This document shows positions 1-12,701 of a stretch of DNA of 64,000 nt, in pieces (position 1 is the stretch's first letter; each line of letters starts with the position of its first letter). The stretch is from Tubulanus polymorphus. Lineage: Eukaryota; Animalia; Nemertea. Made by a program: the position numbers and the translations under genes. A model generated the notes under the pieces. That model searched no databases. It saw only the letters and a list, made by a program, of their open reading frames with translations, and was not told the DNA's origin. The stretch lies in NCBI RefSeq assembly GCF_964204645.1, contig NC_134025.1:24594299-24658298 (forward strand). Reading direction: 5' to 3'.

Positions 1-1677
1 TCGAAGCCTTCGTCAATCATAAGTTTGAAGAAAAAATGTCCGTCTGTGTTCGATTTACGTTTAAGAAAAAATCACGGAGAAAAAGTTACGGTAAACTTAT
101 AATGAATATCTTTAGAAGTCGCGTCTACAACGTAGCTCATAGTTGTTGGCGCTGGTGTAATTTGTGAAAAATATTGATTAGTGATGTTGATTTAATTCAA
201 TTAGTAAATGTATTGTAGCTGTTCAGCAATTCGTGAATTTATAAATTGCTGGTGGAAAATTTCTAATTAAAAAAAACCTTTTCGAGAAAAAGATTTTTGA
301 ACCTCGACACTATATTTCGTTCTTCGGAAGAAAACATTGAAAAGAAAAGACTTTTAGAAGAAGTTATCTTAGAATTAATCGTATGGATTTGAAAATAATA
401 GATTTGATTAATTAAATACATGATGAAATTGTTGATTGATAAAATTCTTTGCGCTCACCTTTAGTCTAGTTAATCACAGTGTTGTATCAAGTAAAAAAGT
501 TCCCGACGTGTGACATGGAATTAGTTCATTCGATCAATGGTTTCCCGGGTGCAGTTGGAGTCGTTTTATGAAAGGTCTGCGCATGGGGGCGGCCGCGTCG
601 AGATAGATTCTTGTTTCGTCGTTAAGTTACATTTTTGATCGGGTTCTTGAAAAAGGGAGAAAAAAATTCGCGCTAAATGTGAAAGTTCGCGTTCGTATTC
701 GGCGAGGTCGGCGGTCGAGAGCTGATTGGGTTAGATTATTTTGCCTTCCATTTTCGTGTCACGCCAAATTAAAAATAGACATTTTCGAGTTGATCGCGTT
801 CTAGAAATTTTTTTTCAAATCGAACCGCGTTCAAAGATCACGCCCAGGCCTCGCCGTATTGTTTTTATGCGCGCTTAATTTACGGCTTAATTTAATAAAT
901 CGGACGTACTCGAGTAGAAACAATCACGGAAATTTTCCCGTTCGGGTTCAAATTAATGTTATTAAAAAGAAATCACTTCAGACATTGTGTTAAATGACGT
1001 ACGACCAGTCGTAAAGGTTTTTAAAACGACGAGAACATGCGCCGAGTTCACGCAAGGTTCACTTACATAATTATAGTCTCGGTCGTTGAATAGGACATGT
1101 AATACTTTCATACAATCTAGTTGTTAACGTACAGAAAATATCGGTGTCATAGCGGCCTAATTTCGGCGAAGGAATTCCGCGTATTCACATTTTACTGAGG
1201 GTTTTGTGCAGTTCTCAGGGTTACCGAACCACGCCTGTCGTGCATTAAGGTGACCTCTCTTAAAAAAAAAAACGGCGTTAAAAAGAATCAGCCAGGGTAG
1301 TCGATGTGCTGTAAGCTTTTTAGCTAATTGAAGAGACCGGGATAATGATATCGGATTTTTAATGGTCGTTCATTTGATCGCTGAAGTTCTATAGCCCTAG
1401 AGCCCTAGTTGGCAGTGTTCCAGGGATTAGATGGCCTAATTTTTGTAAAAGAGTGGGCGTACCCTAATATTGATGAAATAATATTATTGAATGATTGTGG
1501 AATGATTTTAAATAAATGTTGTTGGAGATCTTCTTGTGTTATTGCAAATATTAACCCTTTCCAGGTCTGAGCACCATTTGTGAAGTAATGAAGAGCCTCA
1601 ATACCACCTACATTACAAGTCATCAGAGTTCCTAAATAATTTTATAGCTATTTCACATGTTTTGCCTTTTCTTTCAG

Positions 1678-4600
1678 GATGTGAAGACATCATTGTCGAC
1701 AATTTGTGCGTTGAAAATCTTCCATCGACCTTAGCTTGGAGCCAGGAACCGCACGGTTCCGACTGGGTGCACAGGCAAACTTTTCATTATTTACGCGAAG
1801 AATTCACGCAGGTAGCTCATTCCCAGATGCTCCAAGAGCTTAGTAAAGAATATCTGATCGCAGCCATCCAGTCGGACTATCTACAAGTAAGTAGTTGGTC
1901 GTATGCAAAGACATTGAACCTCTTCATTGTTCCATAAGGACTCAAATTTGGGGCAACAGCCCATGTGTTAAGTATCTTGAGAATCCGAACAATATCTAAA
2001 CATCTTCTGAAAGCATTCTGTGTCTCTAGTGATGTCACTGATAACTGTTTGACAATAGCTGCTGTAAAGGTCATAAGAGAGTCATCGTGAAAACAGACAT
2101 TATAAGTGTCACAATTCTCAGTACTGTGTCAAGTATATACACCAGGGCGTTTATAGATACCGGTATAAATTCGCATTCCATTAAAAGTCTTTATCTTCAA
2201 CGCGCGCGATATAGCTTCCCAAAAATAGCACGTTCGAGTTAAGGTTCAAATTTTATGAAATTTACATGGAAGTAAATAAAGCTGAAATCGGAGTCGGTTC
2301 TTTTAATGATATCCATGTACTTTCGGTGAATGGGGTTGAAATGGAATTCACGTGTAATTTTTCATAAATTCTAAAGCAACCCAGTTATTTATAATTGAAG
2401 AACGTTTAAAAATAGCTGGCGGTCATATAGGGGATGTTTGTATAGCTATAGATAGTTCTAAGTTGAATTGAGACAACCTCTTGGTCCCATTTTTAGATGA
2501 ATTGGAAAGGTTTTGAACACTTATTTCCCATATCTATTGAATTATATAGAAAACAGTCGAACAAATGGCAGATTAGAAAATTTAACCTTTAATGATTTCC
2601 TGGAATTGAAATCGAAAGTTAATCTTTTAACGTGACTGACTGACTCAAAAGATAAGTCTTGAAATCGACTGCAGTGTGTACACAATTTGATACTCTACTT
2701 ATCAAGATTATTCTAAACTGTTGAATTCATTGGATAACAACTTTACTCAGCTGCAGCCCCTCACAAGAACATTTTATTTGTAGATCAGAAACCTGGTGTT
2801 TGAAAAAAAACAGTAGGTTGAGTCGAGTGTGTTGAACATTCAAATGTTTTTCCTTCAAGTACAGGTGTACGTCTGCTATGTGCAGAGCAGGTTGATGATA
2901 GAACATTAGAGTAATTTGAATGCATAAGAAGTAGACATTTTTGTGTAGTTGTTGAATTGGTTAATCTATGAAATACTAGTTTCTTAGCTCAGGGTATTGA
3001 AACTTAAAATCTAGGTTACAGAGCTCTCAAACTTTTCTTCGCAAGCGAGTTATGGTTTTGAATCTGTCCATTAATTTGGCAACACTCACGGACAAATTCA
3101 TATGATCTTTGATCTTGAGGAATAGGTGTACGGATGAAAGATGATGGTGACTCTCGGTGATAGTTGTTGTAAACTATGAAATACTAGTTTCTTAGCTTAG
3201 GGTATTAAAACTTAAAGCCTAGCGCACATCGGCACTGCGATTGGAGACAACTAGTTGCAAGGCAGTTTTCGGCGCATGAGAGGAACTGGCTGGATACTAT
3301 CAGTTGCTTGAATGTGTCGATGTGAGCGAGCTTACGATTGGTAAGCGTCGATCTATCTCCAGTTCCAGCCAGTTGCCCATGTTCTACTTTTGAGCAACTG
3401 GTTGTACTCAGTCGCAGTCATATCCGTCGATGTGCGCGCTCTGGATCTCGACGATCGACACACGCCATGCACTTGCTGCAACTGACCGGTTGTAACTAGA
3501 TTCCGATGTGCGCGGGGTAATCGTTCGGTAGCAACTAGTTGTCTCCAATCGCAGTGTCGATGTGCGCTAGGCTTAAGATTTAGGATACAAAGCGCAAACT
3601 TTTCTTCGAAGCGATTTATGGTTTTGAATCTGTCCATTAATTTTGGCAAAACTCACCAATTCATATGATATAAGATATGATCTTTGATCCTGAAGAATAG
3701 GTGTGCGGATGAAAGATGATGGTGACTCTTGGTGATGAGTCATATCTTTCATATTTGCTACCACTTCAACCACTCATTCATTACCACTTACAAAGCACTT
3801 TCGATAAATCATGGCTTTTTCGCGTACATGTATCAATAATGATCTTCTGACGCGAATGTAGTAGAGATCTTTTTCTTTAGCTACTACGAGTACTTTCCGT
3901 TATGTTTGTTGTTGTGGTTTATCGGATGATATGATGAGCAGTTATCCAGTTTACAGTTCAAACCACTCTATTATCTCTTTCCTCTCATGATCTGACTGTG
4001 AGCGAGCGCTGATGAACGAGCTTTCGGCTCCATGCAGTCTGCGAAGGCAGATTAAGCGCGACAGTAATTTAAAAGCTGCTTAACGTCATGGGGACTGTAT
4101 ACAGGGTCTCTCAGCTCACGTTAACCTTGAATTTCGTATGAATGCGAGCAGATCTGATTCTCATTAGAAGTCATCAAGAGACAATTTCATTTGAATAACT
4201 CCTGATTATTTGAATTTGAAGGTCTGTAGTACTCTACAGCGTGATCAAATAGTGAATTACCGGATAGACTTGCTATCTTCTTAAATAAGATGAATATAAC
4301 CAGAAGTTCAAGTTCATTTATTTCATAGAAAAGAACATACAACATAATAATATTTACAATTACAGAATTTAAAAAAGTGTGATTTTTTAATAAAATTGAT
4401 TGTTCTTCATTCGTATTTTTTAACTGAGTTTATATTTTCTGTTCTGTCATTACAGGCGTCTGAAGCAGAAGTTTTGTGTGCTGTGATAAAATGGGGTGAA
4501 CACCAGCTGATGAAGAGAATGGAGGAGAGAGGTATGTATTTTGACTGTCCCCCATTTAGCGGTTCATTTGTAAATAAGTTCAAATGACACTGTTTACATA

Positions 4601-6747
4601 TTATTTCAGAACCGAACATCTTAAGTCATACTGCGCACAGCGTCAGCAAAAAAGGCATCAAGAAACGCGACCTCAGCGATACGGAGTTACGCGACATCTT
4701 GGAATGTTTGCTGCCGTACGTCAGAACGAACCACATCATTCCGCATAATCACGACGTGTTCACGAGTTCGATCAAACGAGGATTGATCAGCGTGCCGCCG
4801 ACTCACATGCTCGGCGATCACGAGGAGAAATCGAATCGTGTGAACTCCTGGGTGCAAGGCAAAAACAACGGCATGTACGTGAAACCGCGCCTGTTTCAAC
4901 CGTACTATGAGGAAGTTAAGGTATGTTTTATCTACTCAGTACTTGAATGGTCCCATTAGCCGCGATCACATGGAGACGATTTGGCCCGGGCCAAATTGGC
5001 ACGGATCAGGCTCTGGTCAAATTTGGCCCGTGCCTAACTAGAGAGCGCGTTCACACGTAAACCATTCACTCGATACTAAACAATGCTCAAACAAAGAGAA
5101 GTGGATCATTTTCGGTGCCAGTTGCAATTCAAACGCAATCATTTGTCTGGTGCTATAATTTGGCTCGGGCCTGGTCCGACGTTTTTGGTCGGGTCAAATT
5201 TGGCACCCGTGTGAACAGTTGTTCCGGGCCAAATTTGGCACGATCACCCGAGCATTTTTGGCCCGGGCCAAATTTGGCATATAAAGCTGTTCAAAAAAGC
5301 TGTATAAAGCTGTTCAAAATCGAGTTGTACTTAAATGCGGTTTTGGACAAAATGATTTGTTTTGGGAATTCCAATATCAAAATCACGTTTAATACATGTA
5401 AAATTATAGATTATAGATATAGATTAAAGATATTTCGTTTAGACTCACACAACCCCTTTAGATTCCTGTGGGTTGAATTTTATTCAGAACAGCAAATTGT
5501 AGTGTTAGTATACCGGCCCTATGCTGGAGTTGTTAATCAATCTGGTTTCAAGTCTTCATGGATTTCTTTAGTGAATGCCATCAATACAGATATCAAATAA
5601 CTAAGGGTTAATGTAATAATAAGTTTGTTCATTTGATTAATTAGAAATCATTTAATTGTTAACAGGCACTTTTGGAAGAACAGTTATCTCAGGTAACTGA
5701 CAGCGATGTCATTCGACTGCGTACTGTCCACATGTCCTCTATACCAGATACATTGTACATGGTTGATGATCCACAGACAAATCAGCCATTCATACCGTCC
5801 ACTGCCACCGTAGATATCATTGCTGGAACTATATTAGGTAATTTTCTGGACACTTTGATTGCAAGTTAGTTCTATGTATATTAAATTCATTTCAATCATT
5901 AGCAAACGTTTTTGATTCCAATTTCATTTTATTGTATCTCAGGTTTTAAATTGTGCATCAGTTGCTTCAAAGCAATCAGAATCGATCTTTTAGTTGAGGC
6001 TAGCATTTGAATGTCTGTTTTTTTGTGTCTAGTTCCAGATCAAGAAACAATTCAAGCGATGCTCCGTCGTGAAAGTGAACTTCACCGCACAAAATTAGTC
6101 CATAGAGCGTACGCGTTGCCCTGTTCAGACAGACGAGGCATCAGTCATCAAGTGCAACTACGTGTTGTGCGCGAATTCGGCCTACCCGACTCAACCATCG
6201 AGCTATTTCAAACTGGACAGCTTTACTCGTCGGATAATGAGCATAATAAAGAGGGTAGACGTAAAAGGATTAGTCCACCATCTGGAGTCCGACCACGCGT
6301 CAACCAGCAGCGCATGTTCCGTCGTAGTCCGCCAACACCCGTCTCCCCTCCCCGACCGGCTAGACTGTTCCGCGAAGTACCACCCCTTCCGCCAACGTAC
6401 GGACCGTGTCCGCCTTCACCAGCAGACGCCTATAGCCCGGTGGAGGTAAGCTAAAAATCACCTGTACTTTAATGTGTAAAATGCATTACAGGTGGCAGCA
6501 CTTCCTATACGTTGTCAGGCCCAGTAAGTCTCTTGAAGGTAAATGTGTGTTTTGTTTATATTTGTAGAAGGAATCTGTGTGCAGTGAGAGCGCATTGAGT
6601 GATACTATGCCCGACATTGCTATGGCGACCGGTGGCATGAGCGCGTTCAGCTTGCAGGACATGCCTTCGAACAATAGCCCGGATAATTTGGAATTGGATC
6701 TCGGTGACGGTGGTGGGTCACATCAAGGCGGCATGATGTATATATAA
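1678..6747 (+). CDS. BTBD7: BTB/POZ domain-containing protein 7 homolog, 3' part (5' exons lie outside the window). Exons 1678-1886, 4456-4531, 4610-4920, 5666-5837, 6033-6445, 6568/6571-6747
   Basis: Phase-consistent GT-AG exons translate to GCEDIIVDNL...WSQEPHGSDWVHRQTFHYLREEF...QSDYLQ|ASEAEVLCAVIKWGEHQLMKRMEER|EPNILSHTAHSVSKKGIKKRDL...YVKPRLFQPYYEEVK, which I recognise as the BACK region and C-terminus of BTBD7. Stop TAA at 6745-6747. Confidence 0.93.
2946..3736. repeat. Local tandem duplication of a ~215-bp intronic segment; the second copy is interrupted by a MITE
   Basis: CTATGAAATACTAGTTTCTTAGCT...GGATGAAAGATGATGGTGACTCT at ~2966-3155 recurs at ~3174-3215 plus ~3577-3730. Confidence 0.9.
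3216..3573. mobile_element. PIF/Harbinger-type MITE (358 bp) with TAA target-site duplication
   Basis: ~43-bp near-perfect TIRs (AGCCTAGCGCACATCGGCACTGCGATTGGAGACAACTAGTTGC / GCAACTAGTTGTCTCCAATCGCAGTGTCGATGTGCGCTAGGCT). TAA at 3213-3215 and 3574-3576. Internal repeats of CGATGTGCGC and CAACTRGTTG. The empty site is visible in the upstream paralogous copy. Confidence 0.9.
4958..5280. repeat. Truncated MITE-like element with palindromic subrepeats GGGCCAAATTTGGC(A/C)C
   Basis: About seven copies of a CCAAATTTGG-centred palindrome, plus GTTCACACG/CGTGTGAAC inverted motifs, in a BTBD7 intron. No matching right TIR found. Confidence 0.65.
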
Positions 6748-7536
6748 TTAAGCATGTTATTATATATATATATACTGTAGATATCCGAACAGCTGTAAGA
6801 TTATTGCAGACCTGACTACAACTACTATTTGAGAGTAGTGTCTACTCTTTTTAAGACATCAACTATTCCCAAAAATATCAAAATACTCTCAGAATCAGAA
6901 TAACTTCTAGTTAGTTTCTAAATGAAACCACTATCTTTTATTCCAAATTATTCTCATTTTTGGTGAAAACTTCTACAATTAGAGATTTTAAGTCTGGTCT
7001 GATATTGTAGATCGAACTTTGAATAACGAGGAAGAACTTGATATCGCGTTATTTGAAATTCGACAACTTATCTAAATGTTCATTGTTCCCAGGGCTTTTA
7101 TGAGCTTACGAAGACATTGTCGATTAAACTATGTGCCTTACATGTGCCACGTGATGATGTCGCAACGTCCGATGAATGACAATTCATAATTAGTACCAAA
7201 TATAAATAAAACAACTCGTATCTATTTGTCTGTGATCCTTTTACGTATGATTTTAGCAAAGCTGATCGACTGTAAAGTCTGATGATTTGTGTATATATCG
7301 CTAACGAATCGTGCGCACGAAGATTGTAAATTAATGTTGATCAAATGAAAATGATACATACGTGTACTAATATATAAATATCAATGTAACAATAATGGCA
7401 TTGGAATGTCTGGCTCCCTGTATGTACAACTGTCTTGAAAGGGATTTGAAATTATGTAAAAATGTATGATAACTTATTTTCGGTCTTGATCACATTATCT
7501 TGCTTTGACCGATTTGAATGGTAATTCATATACCAG

Positions 7537-7674
7537 GGGCCAATTGCATAGTCGTGGCTTAGACTTACGACCAGTCTAAGACCAACTCAGTTCTATAGCC
7601 AATCTAACAACTTAAGACCAATCTTAATATTTAAGACCAATTTTGTACTTAAGTCACGACTGTGCAACTGGCCC
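7537..7674. mobile_element. 138-bp MITE with CAG target-site duplication (PIF/Harbinger-like, CWG target), downstream of the BTBD7 stop
   Basis: GGGCCAATTGCATAGTCGTGGCTTA ... TAAGTCACGACTGTGCAACTGGCCC inverted termini. CAG at 7534-7536 and 7675-7677. Internal TAAGACCA repeats. Confidence 0.8.
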
Positions 7675-8566
7675 CAGATGAACAACCGTCTGCCATGCCG
7701 TATCAGGCATATGTAAACTGTATAGAAAAAATGTTATTGTGGGCCAAATTATATATGATGATATCGTGCTTTATTTGTTATATGTATGTTTTTACACCAG
7801 CTTACGCTTATTGAATTATATTGAGAGAAACTGACCCGTAGTTGTAATAGAATGAAGGGATTATTGAAGTTTAAAACAGGTAGAATATTCTGTAGAATTT
7901 TAATGTAATACCTATGTTGTATATAATACTGACTATTGCTACACTATAAGGGAGATTGTCTGTCTACTACCTCCTTAAAACAGGCTCATGGTTAACTGGA
8001 AAAATACCTCACGCTTTAGTATTTTAGGATCTTTCCAACTACACGCCTTACAACTTATGTTCCGATAGTTTTTGCTAATACATGTACCCGGTATCTGGTA
8101 TATGTTTTTGGAGAAATAATCATGATTGTAATTCCAGCCACATTGACTGTGCATTGGTAGTACAGAATTTTAGAAAGAAAGTTCGAGATATTTGATATAA
8201 ATGCAGTTCAATATTGTCCATATATTGATGATTTTTTCTGTTTTAGTTGTTTATGACCTTAATTGATGCTTTCAAATTTTCTTGTGAAGTCTAACAATTT
8301 GGCTCATTCTGTTTGAACTTATGACCCATTATTTTGCTTTGCTTTTCGTATTGCGCTGGCCATGCAATGCTGATTGTCTAAGAAAATCTGGTAGAGCTTT
8401 AATTTTACAAGAAGGAATTGAATTGTAAGCAAATAGGTCCTACAGACCAAAATATCTGGATTAGATACTTGACTTATTACATAATTTTGTGGATTTGTAG
8501 CAAGAAAATACAGATTTTCTTATGTAGGAAAAATTAAATTAGTAGATTTAGATAAAATAATGTGAC

Positions 8567-8703
8567 CAGGGTCTGGTTTCATGGTAAAGTACAGGCTTAA
8601 TGACAGTTAAGTTTTAATTGTTATCCTCATCGAAAACATGAAGAAACCATCAGCAATTAAACTAAAAATTTGAGTTTAACTTTTTTGTGAAACTGGGCCT
8701 TAG
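8567..8703. mobile_element. Degenerate MITE with GGGCCCAGTTTCA-type termini (related fragments near 37239 and 44816-44900)
   Basis: CAGGGTCTGGTTTCAT ... GTGAAACTGGGCCTTAG imperfect inverted termini. Confidence 0.45.
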
Positions 8704-9249
8704 GGATAATATACGATGAATTTACATAAAATTATCATAAGATTTATTATATCAGATTTATGTATATCAGGATTAAGTTAATTTCATATTCCACGAATTG
8801 ATATCTATTGAAATATTAAGATAAATGCTTCATTTTTAGAATCCATAAAAAATGAGTATATGTAAAATGTGTTATTTTTGTATATCAAATGCTTATTTCC
8901 GTGTTTTTTACGTTCAAATTGTTTCCTTTTGTGGAATTAAAAAGTCTATCACACTAAAAATGAACATGTTTGTCGTTAATTCTTTTGATTGATGTACATG
9001 AACTGAAGTTCTGTGGCTACAAAAAGGTTTCAGTCCAAGGAGGATACACGCTGGCTTAACTTGCATTACTGCTCTTAGATGGCAGTACTGAATCTAGAAC
9101 TAATCTGTCATTATATCAACGAGCAACTTGATCAGTTGGCAGTTGATAACGAGTGTAAATGGATCTACCATAGGCAGGTTGAACATAGAATGACAGGTCT
9201 CGCTAAAGGATACTGGACTATTACAGAGACTTTCACATGGCCAAAAATA

Positions 9250-10143
9250 ATGAAATTTGTAAGTTTGATAAGAATATGATTGGCTTACTAAGAGATGGAA
9301 ATCTTCAAATCATTGGCGTATGGCCAGGCACTGCTTGCTGTGGCATACTTGATAGTATCCTAGAAATGTTTATTGCCATCCTGGGGTTTATTTGTTAATA
9401 CCTAAGTTATAGTGTTGAAAAAATGGGTTGCTGGAGAAAAAGGAAGCCATTCTGATTGTTATAATCATTGATTGGGGTTGCTAAGTACAGTTAAATATTG
9501 GACTTTTAGCTTATATTATTAAATCTTGTCCCTTGCCGTTTAAACTAAATAAGATCAGATCTTTTTTATATTGTTCAACTAAATCTTATAGATGAATGTT
9601 ATGTCCTCATTACATTATCATCATGATTTCTTGTATTTTGACTTTCTTATTTCACAGGTGACTGTATTGCTTACTGCAGCATTTGTTGTGGACTCCACAA
9701 ATGGCATACAGTCTCAAGATTACCAAAATATGCTCAACTACATGAAAGCAAATGAAGAGCTTTTCAGGCAGTTTTTATCCTTGGACGAGCCTTGTGGCCC
9801 AAATAAGGAATATGTAAAATTGATACCACCTCCTAATATGGAATGTCTGAAACCACCTGAGCCTCCAATGGAATGGTTGGGTATGTCTTGCTAATATCAT
9901 CATTGTCAAAAATTATTGTATATATTTCAGTTACTGTAATGAGGATAATCACGTTCAAAGTTGCCGAGAGTTTAAGTAAACGAAATCATTCATCATTTTA
10001 AGATGTAAAAACACTATCAAAATAATGATCCCTAGGACTATGGTTTGACGTGGAGTTTTTGGTTTTTTCTAAAGACTATTTTTATCACAGAAACGTATCA
10101 AGTATTTTCACAAGGCACCAATTCTCATTTCCTAAATTCATAG
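9250..10143 (+). CDS. Putative small secreted protein (~94 aa). Exons 9250-9258, 9658-9880, 10091-10143; the last exon is uncertain and the gene may instead splice to the mucin-like gene
   Basis: ATG AAA TTT|gtaagt joined to ttcacag|GTG gives a signal-peptide-like MKFVTVLLTAAFVVDSTNG, followed by a 2-Cys, Pro-rich segment. Phase-1 donor G|gtatgt at 9881. Confidence 0.55.
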
Positions 10144-12701
10144 ATTTCATAACAAAACAAAAATCCACCGATCAGAACTTTGAAGTATCGCATGAGTATG
10201 AAATACTTGATCTTAGTATTCAGGGATAAGAGAGCAAAGTGCTGTGCACAGATTCATACATAGATAGATATAAGTAAAAAACTAGACAAAGACAACAAAA
10301 TGCATATATCATAGACATTGGTACATATCCAACCTAAGCTCTCTGATATGCCAACTTTTCAGTATATTTATGTATTCATATATACCGTAAGGATACAAAT
10401 AGTCGTAATTATCAAAATTGCGGGTAATAAGAGGCCATTTTTCTTCCTGTTTGCTGACATAATTGGGTAGTTGGAAATTATGATGTTAGGGTACATGTAT
10501 GCATTGTGTGTTGTACCCGATCAACTGTGTGTGCAATAAAAAATATGTTGTATATATTTTTTCGTGACCAAGTTAGAAATTACCAAGAGCAGCCTAAAAA
10601 CGTTTTAATGAAATCTTTGAATCGACGGCTATTACTGGTTTTGATTTGGTCCTATTAAGTATTTGCGTTGTTCGTTGATACCCCAACATTTTATTACCTC
10701 TCCAAACAAAATTATAAGAGTTTCTTGTTATTACTTCCATCACACGGGCTTACAGTAGCACGTACGTTGAATTTTTAAACCTTTATTTCAAAGTTAGATT
10801 GTTGATAGAATGCATAAGGTAAGCTTCGGCCATCATGAATGTATCATTCTGAATTGAAAATGAATTGCATTTAAAAAGGTTCTGTATAGTATTTCTAGAG
10901 TCTGTGCATTTCCCTTCCTCGAAACAACTTGTAGAGGCAGACCTTGTCTTTACTCCAATGTCAAAAGAAATTACATATATATAGGCCTAACAATCTTTAA
11001 AGATCACAACATGCCTTGGCATTTATATCTTATCCTATTAGTTACTTATAGGCGGGATATACTTCAACCCGATAACAAAAACTCGGTAAATGATAACAGT
11101 ATTTGACATAAATTTGTAATATTATATTGGATATTACAGTGTGGTCGGGTGTGTACAGATCTAATGCACGATAAGTTGTGGTTTATGTGTTATTTGCACA
11201 GTCACTTGATTATGCTTTAGGAAGTAATTCATGACTAACTCCATTTTTAGTAGGAGTAGAATTCCCAATATATTTTTTAGAGAAATGTATTCCCAATGCA
11301 AAAAGAAACTTTCTAAACAATTTTGCCTACTTGTTAATACAATGTAGGTCACTTTTCGTCCGTCGTCCGTCTATTAAAACGTTTTTTGTTGCAAAGGTTA
11401 GTTTGTGTACTTAGAATTATTGCACATGCACATTCAAAATCAATTTCTGTTCGCTTTTTCACAAAGTCCAGGAAAATTACAAACATCACTGGCTTCATTG
11501 TTGTCTTTGAGTGCGTATGGCTCGTATCCTGCCTTACAACTCGTACGCGCGAGTAAAATTCCGTTAAAAATCTCATGAAAAGCATGTGTTTACAAGAACG
11601 TTGAGCAAAGAGGTTTTTTTTACAAAATTACATCTGTCTCGATTGAGCAATGATGTGCGTGGATTAAAGTGAGATTCCTTACGTACTATAAAGCTAATAT
11701 GTATTTCGTAATAAATTCACAGCGGCTCCAAAAACTCATCTGCGGTTAGGCACTCGGCAAGCAGCCACCTCCATAGTATCTCATAAAAGAGGCCAGTAAG
11801 TCTTGTGGTGATCAAACGAAATTTTAGAGTCCATGCACAGTACACACCGAAATTACAGATGCTTCAATAATATGGGGATAATTGTGAAATCAGAATACTT
11901 AATACTTCGGTTCATCGGTCTTACTTTTGCATTAAAGTTTTCCCTAAAAAGCAAAGATATGATTTTTCAGTTGTTATATTCTTATTCGAATATCAAAAGC
12001 CATAGAGAAGCTAATTGAATAATGATGTATAGTGGAAGGCTGTGTTTTGTGAAACCAGTCATATACAGTGGTTACTCATGTGTGAAAGATGAGCGGGAAA
12101 AGATTGAGATAGTGTTAAAAAAGCACTTGATAGTGGCTCAGGGGCTGATCTGGTACATCTATAACTTCAGTATTTGACTCATATGATGATTATCTGTTGG
12201 TACTTGGAGTAGGAATTTACTACTGAAATAAATCCCCGGGCAAATGAATGTGAGCGAATTGATATCAAAATATTCTTGTCCCATTACTACAATTTTTGAA
12301 ATTTAATTTTCATTGAAGAATAAGTTAAAATAGTTTCTTTTCTATTTAACTCATTTCATCGAAATACCGGTGATTTATAGAATTAACTCACTTATTGGGG
12401 AAAAAACTAGCTGATTTCATGGTTAAACCCATGAATGATTAATGTTTTGCTGATAGAAATACTGGTACCGAATTCCCATAAATTTCCAGGAAATTCCATG
12501 ACGAATTGTCGTTAACAAAAAAGCCAAACCTTTGGGTAGATATTTCGATCGTCTGCATTTTAGTGTACGCCTAGAAACAATAACAACATGTACTGATGAT
12601 ATTCTCTAGTTGAAGAGAATACCTCCGGGGGAACAATATTACTCATCAATTATTAAAGCCCGGTTTGAAAAGAGACTCCTTTATTTTCATTGATTTTGCA
12701 G

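Noticed and set aside
1-1400. CpG-richer segment as a gene or ncRNA
   Set aside because: No ORF or recognisable RNA structure. It is most likely BTBD7 intronic or alternative-promoter sequence, which cannot be resolved here.
3353-3773. ORFs of 98 and 66 aa on the minus strand
   Set aside because: They overlap the MITE and tandem duplication in a BTBD7 intron, with no recognisable domain or transposase motif.
4958-5280. Palindromic repeats separated by unique sequence, as a possible CRISPR-like array
   Set aside because: Spacing is irregular, the repeats are variable, the context is a eukaryotic intron, and there are no cas genes.
5115-5600. 161-aa ORF with repeated GPNLA
   Set aside because: It is a translation of the palindromic repeat array inside an intron, not a plausible protein.
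6488-6501. CTCF-like motifs (CAGGTGGCAGCAC here; AGATGGCAGTAC at ~9077)
   Set aside because: Short partial matches that cannot be distinguished from chance without ChIP or conservation data.
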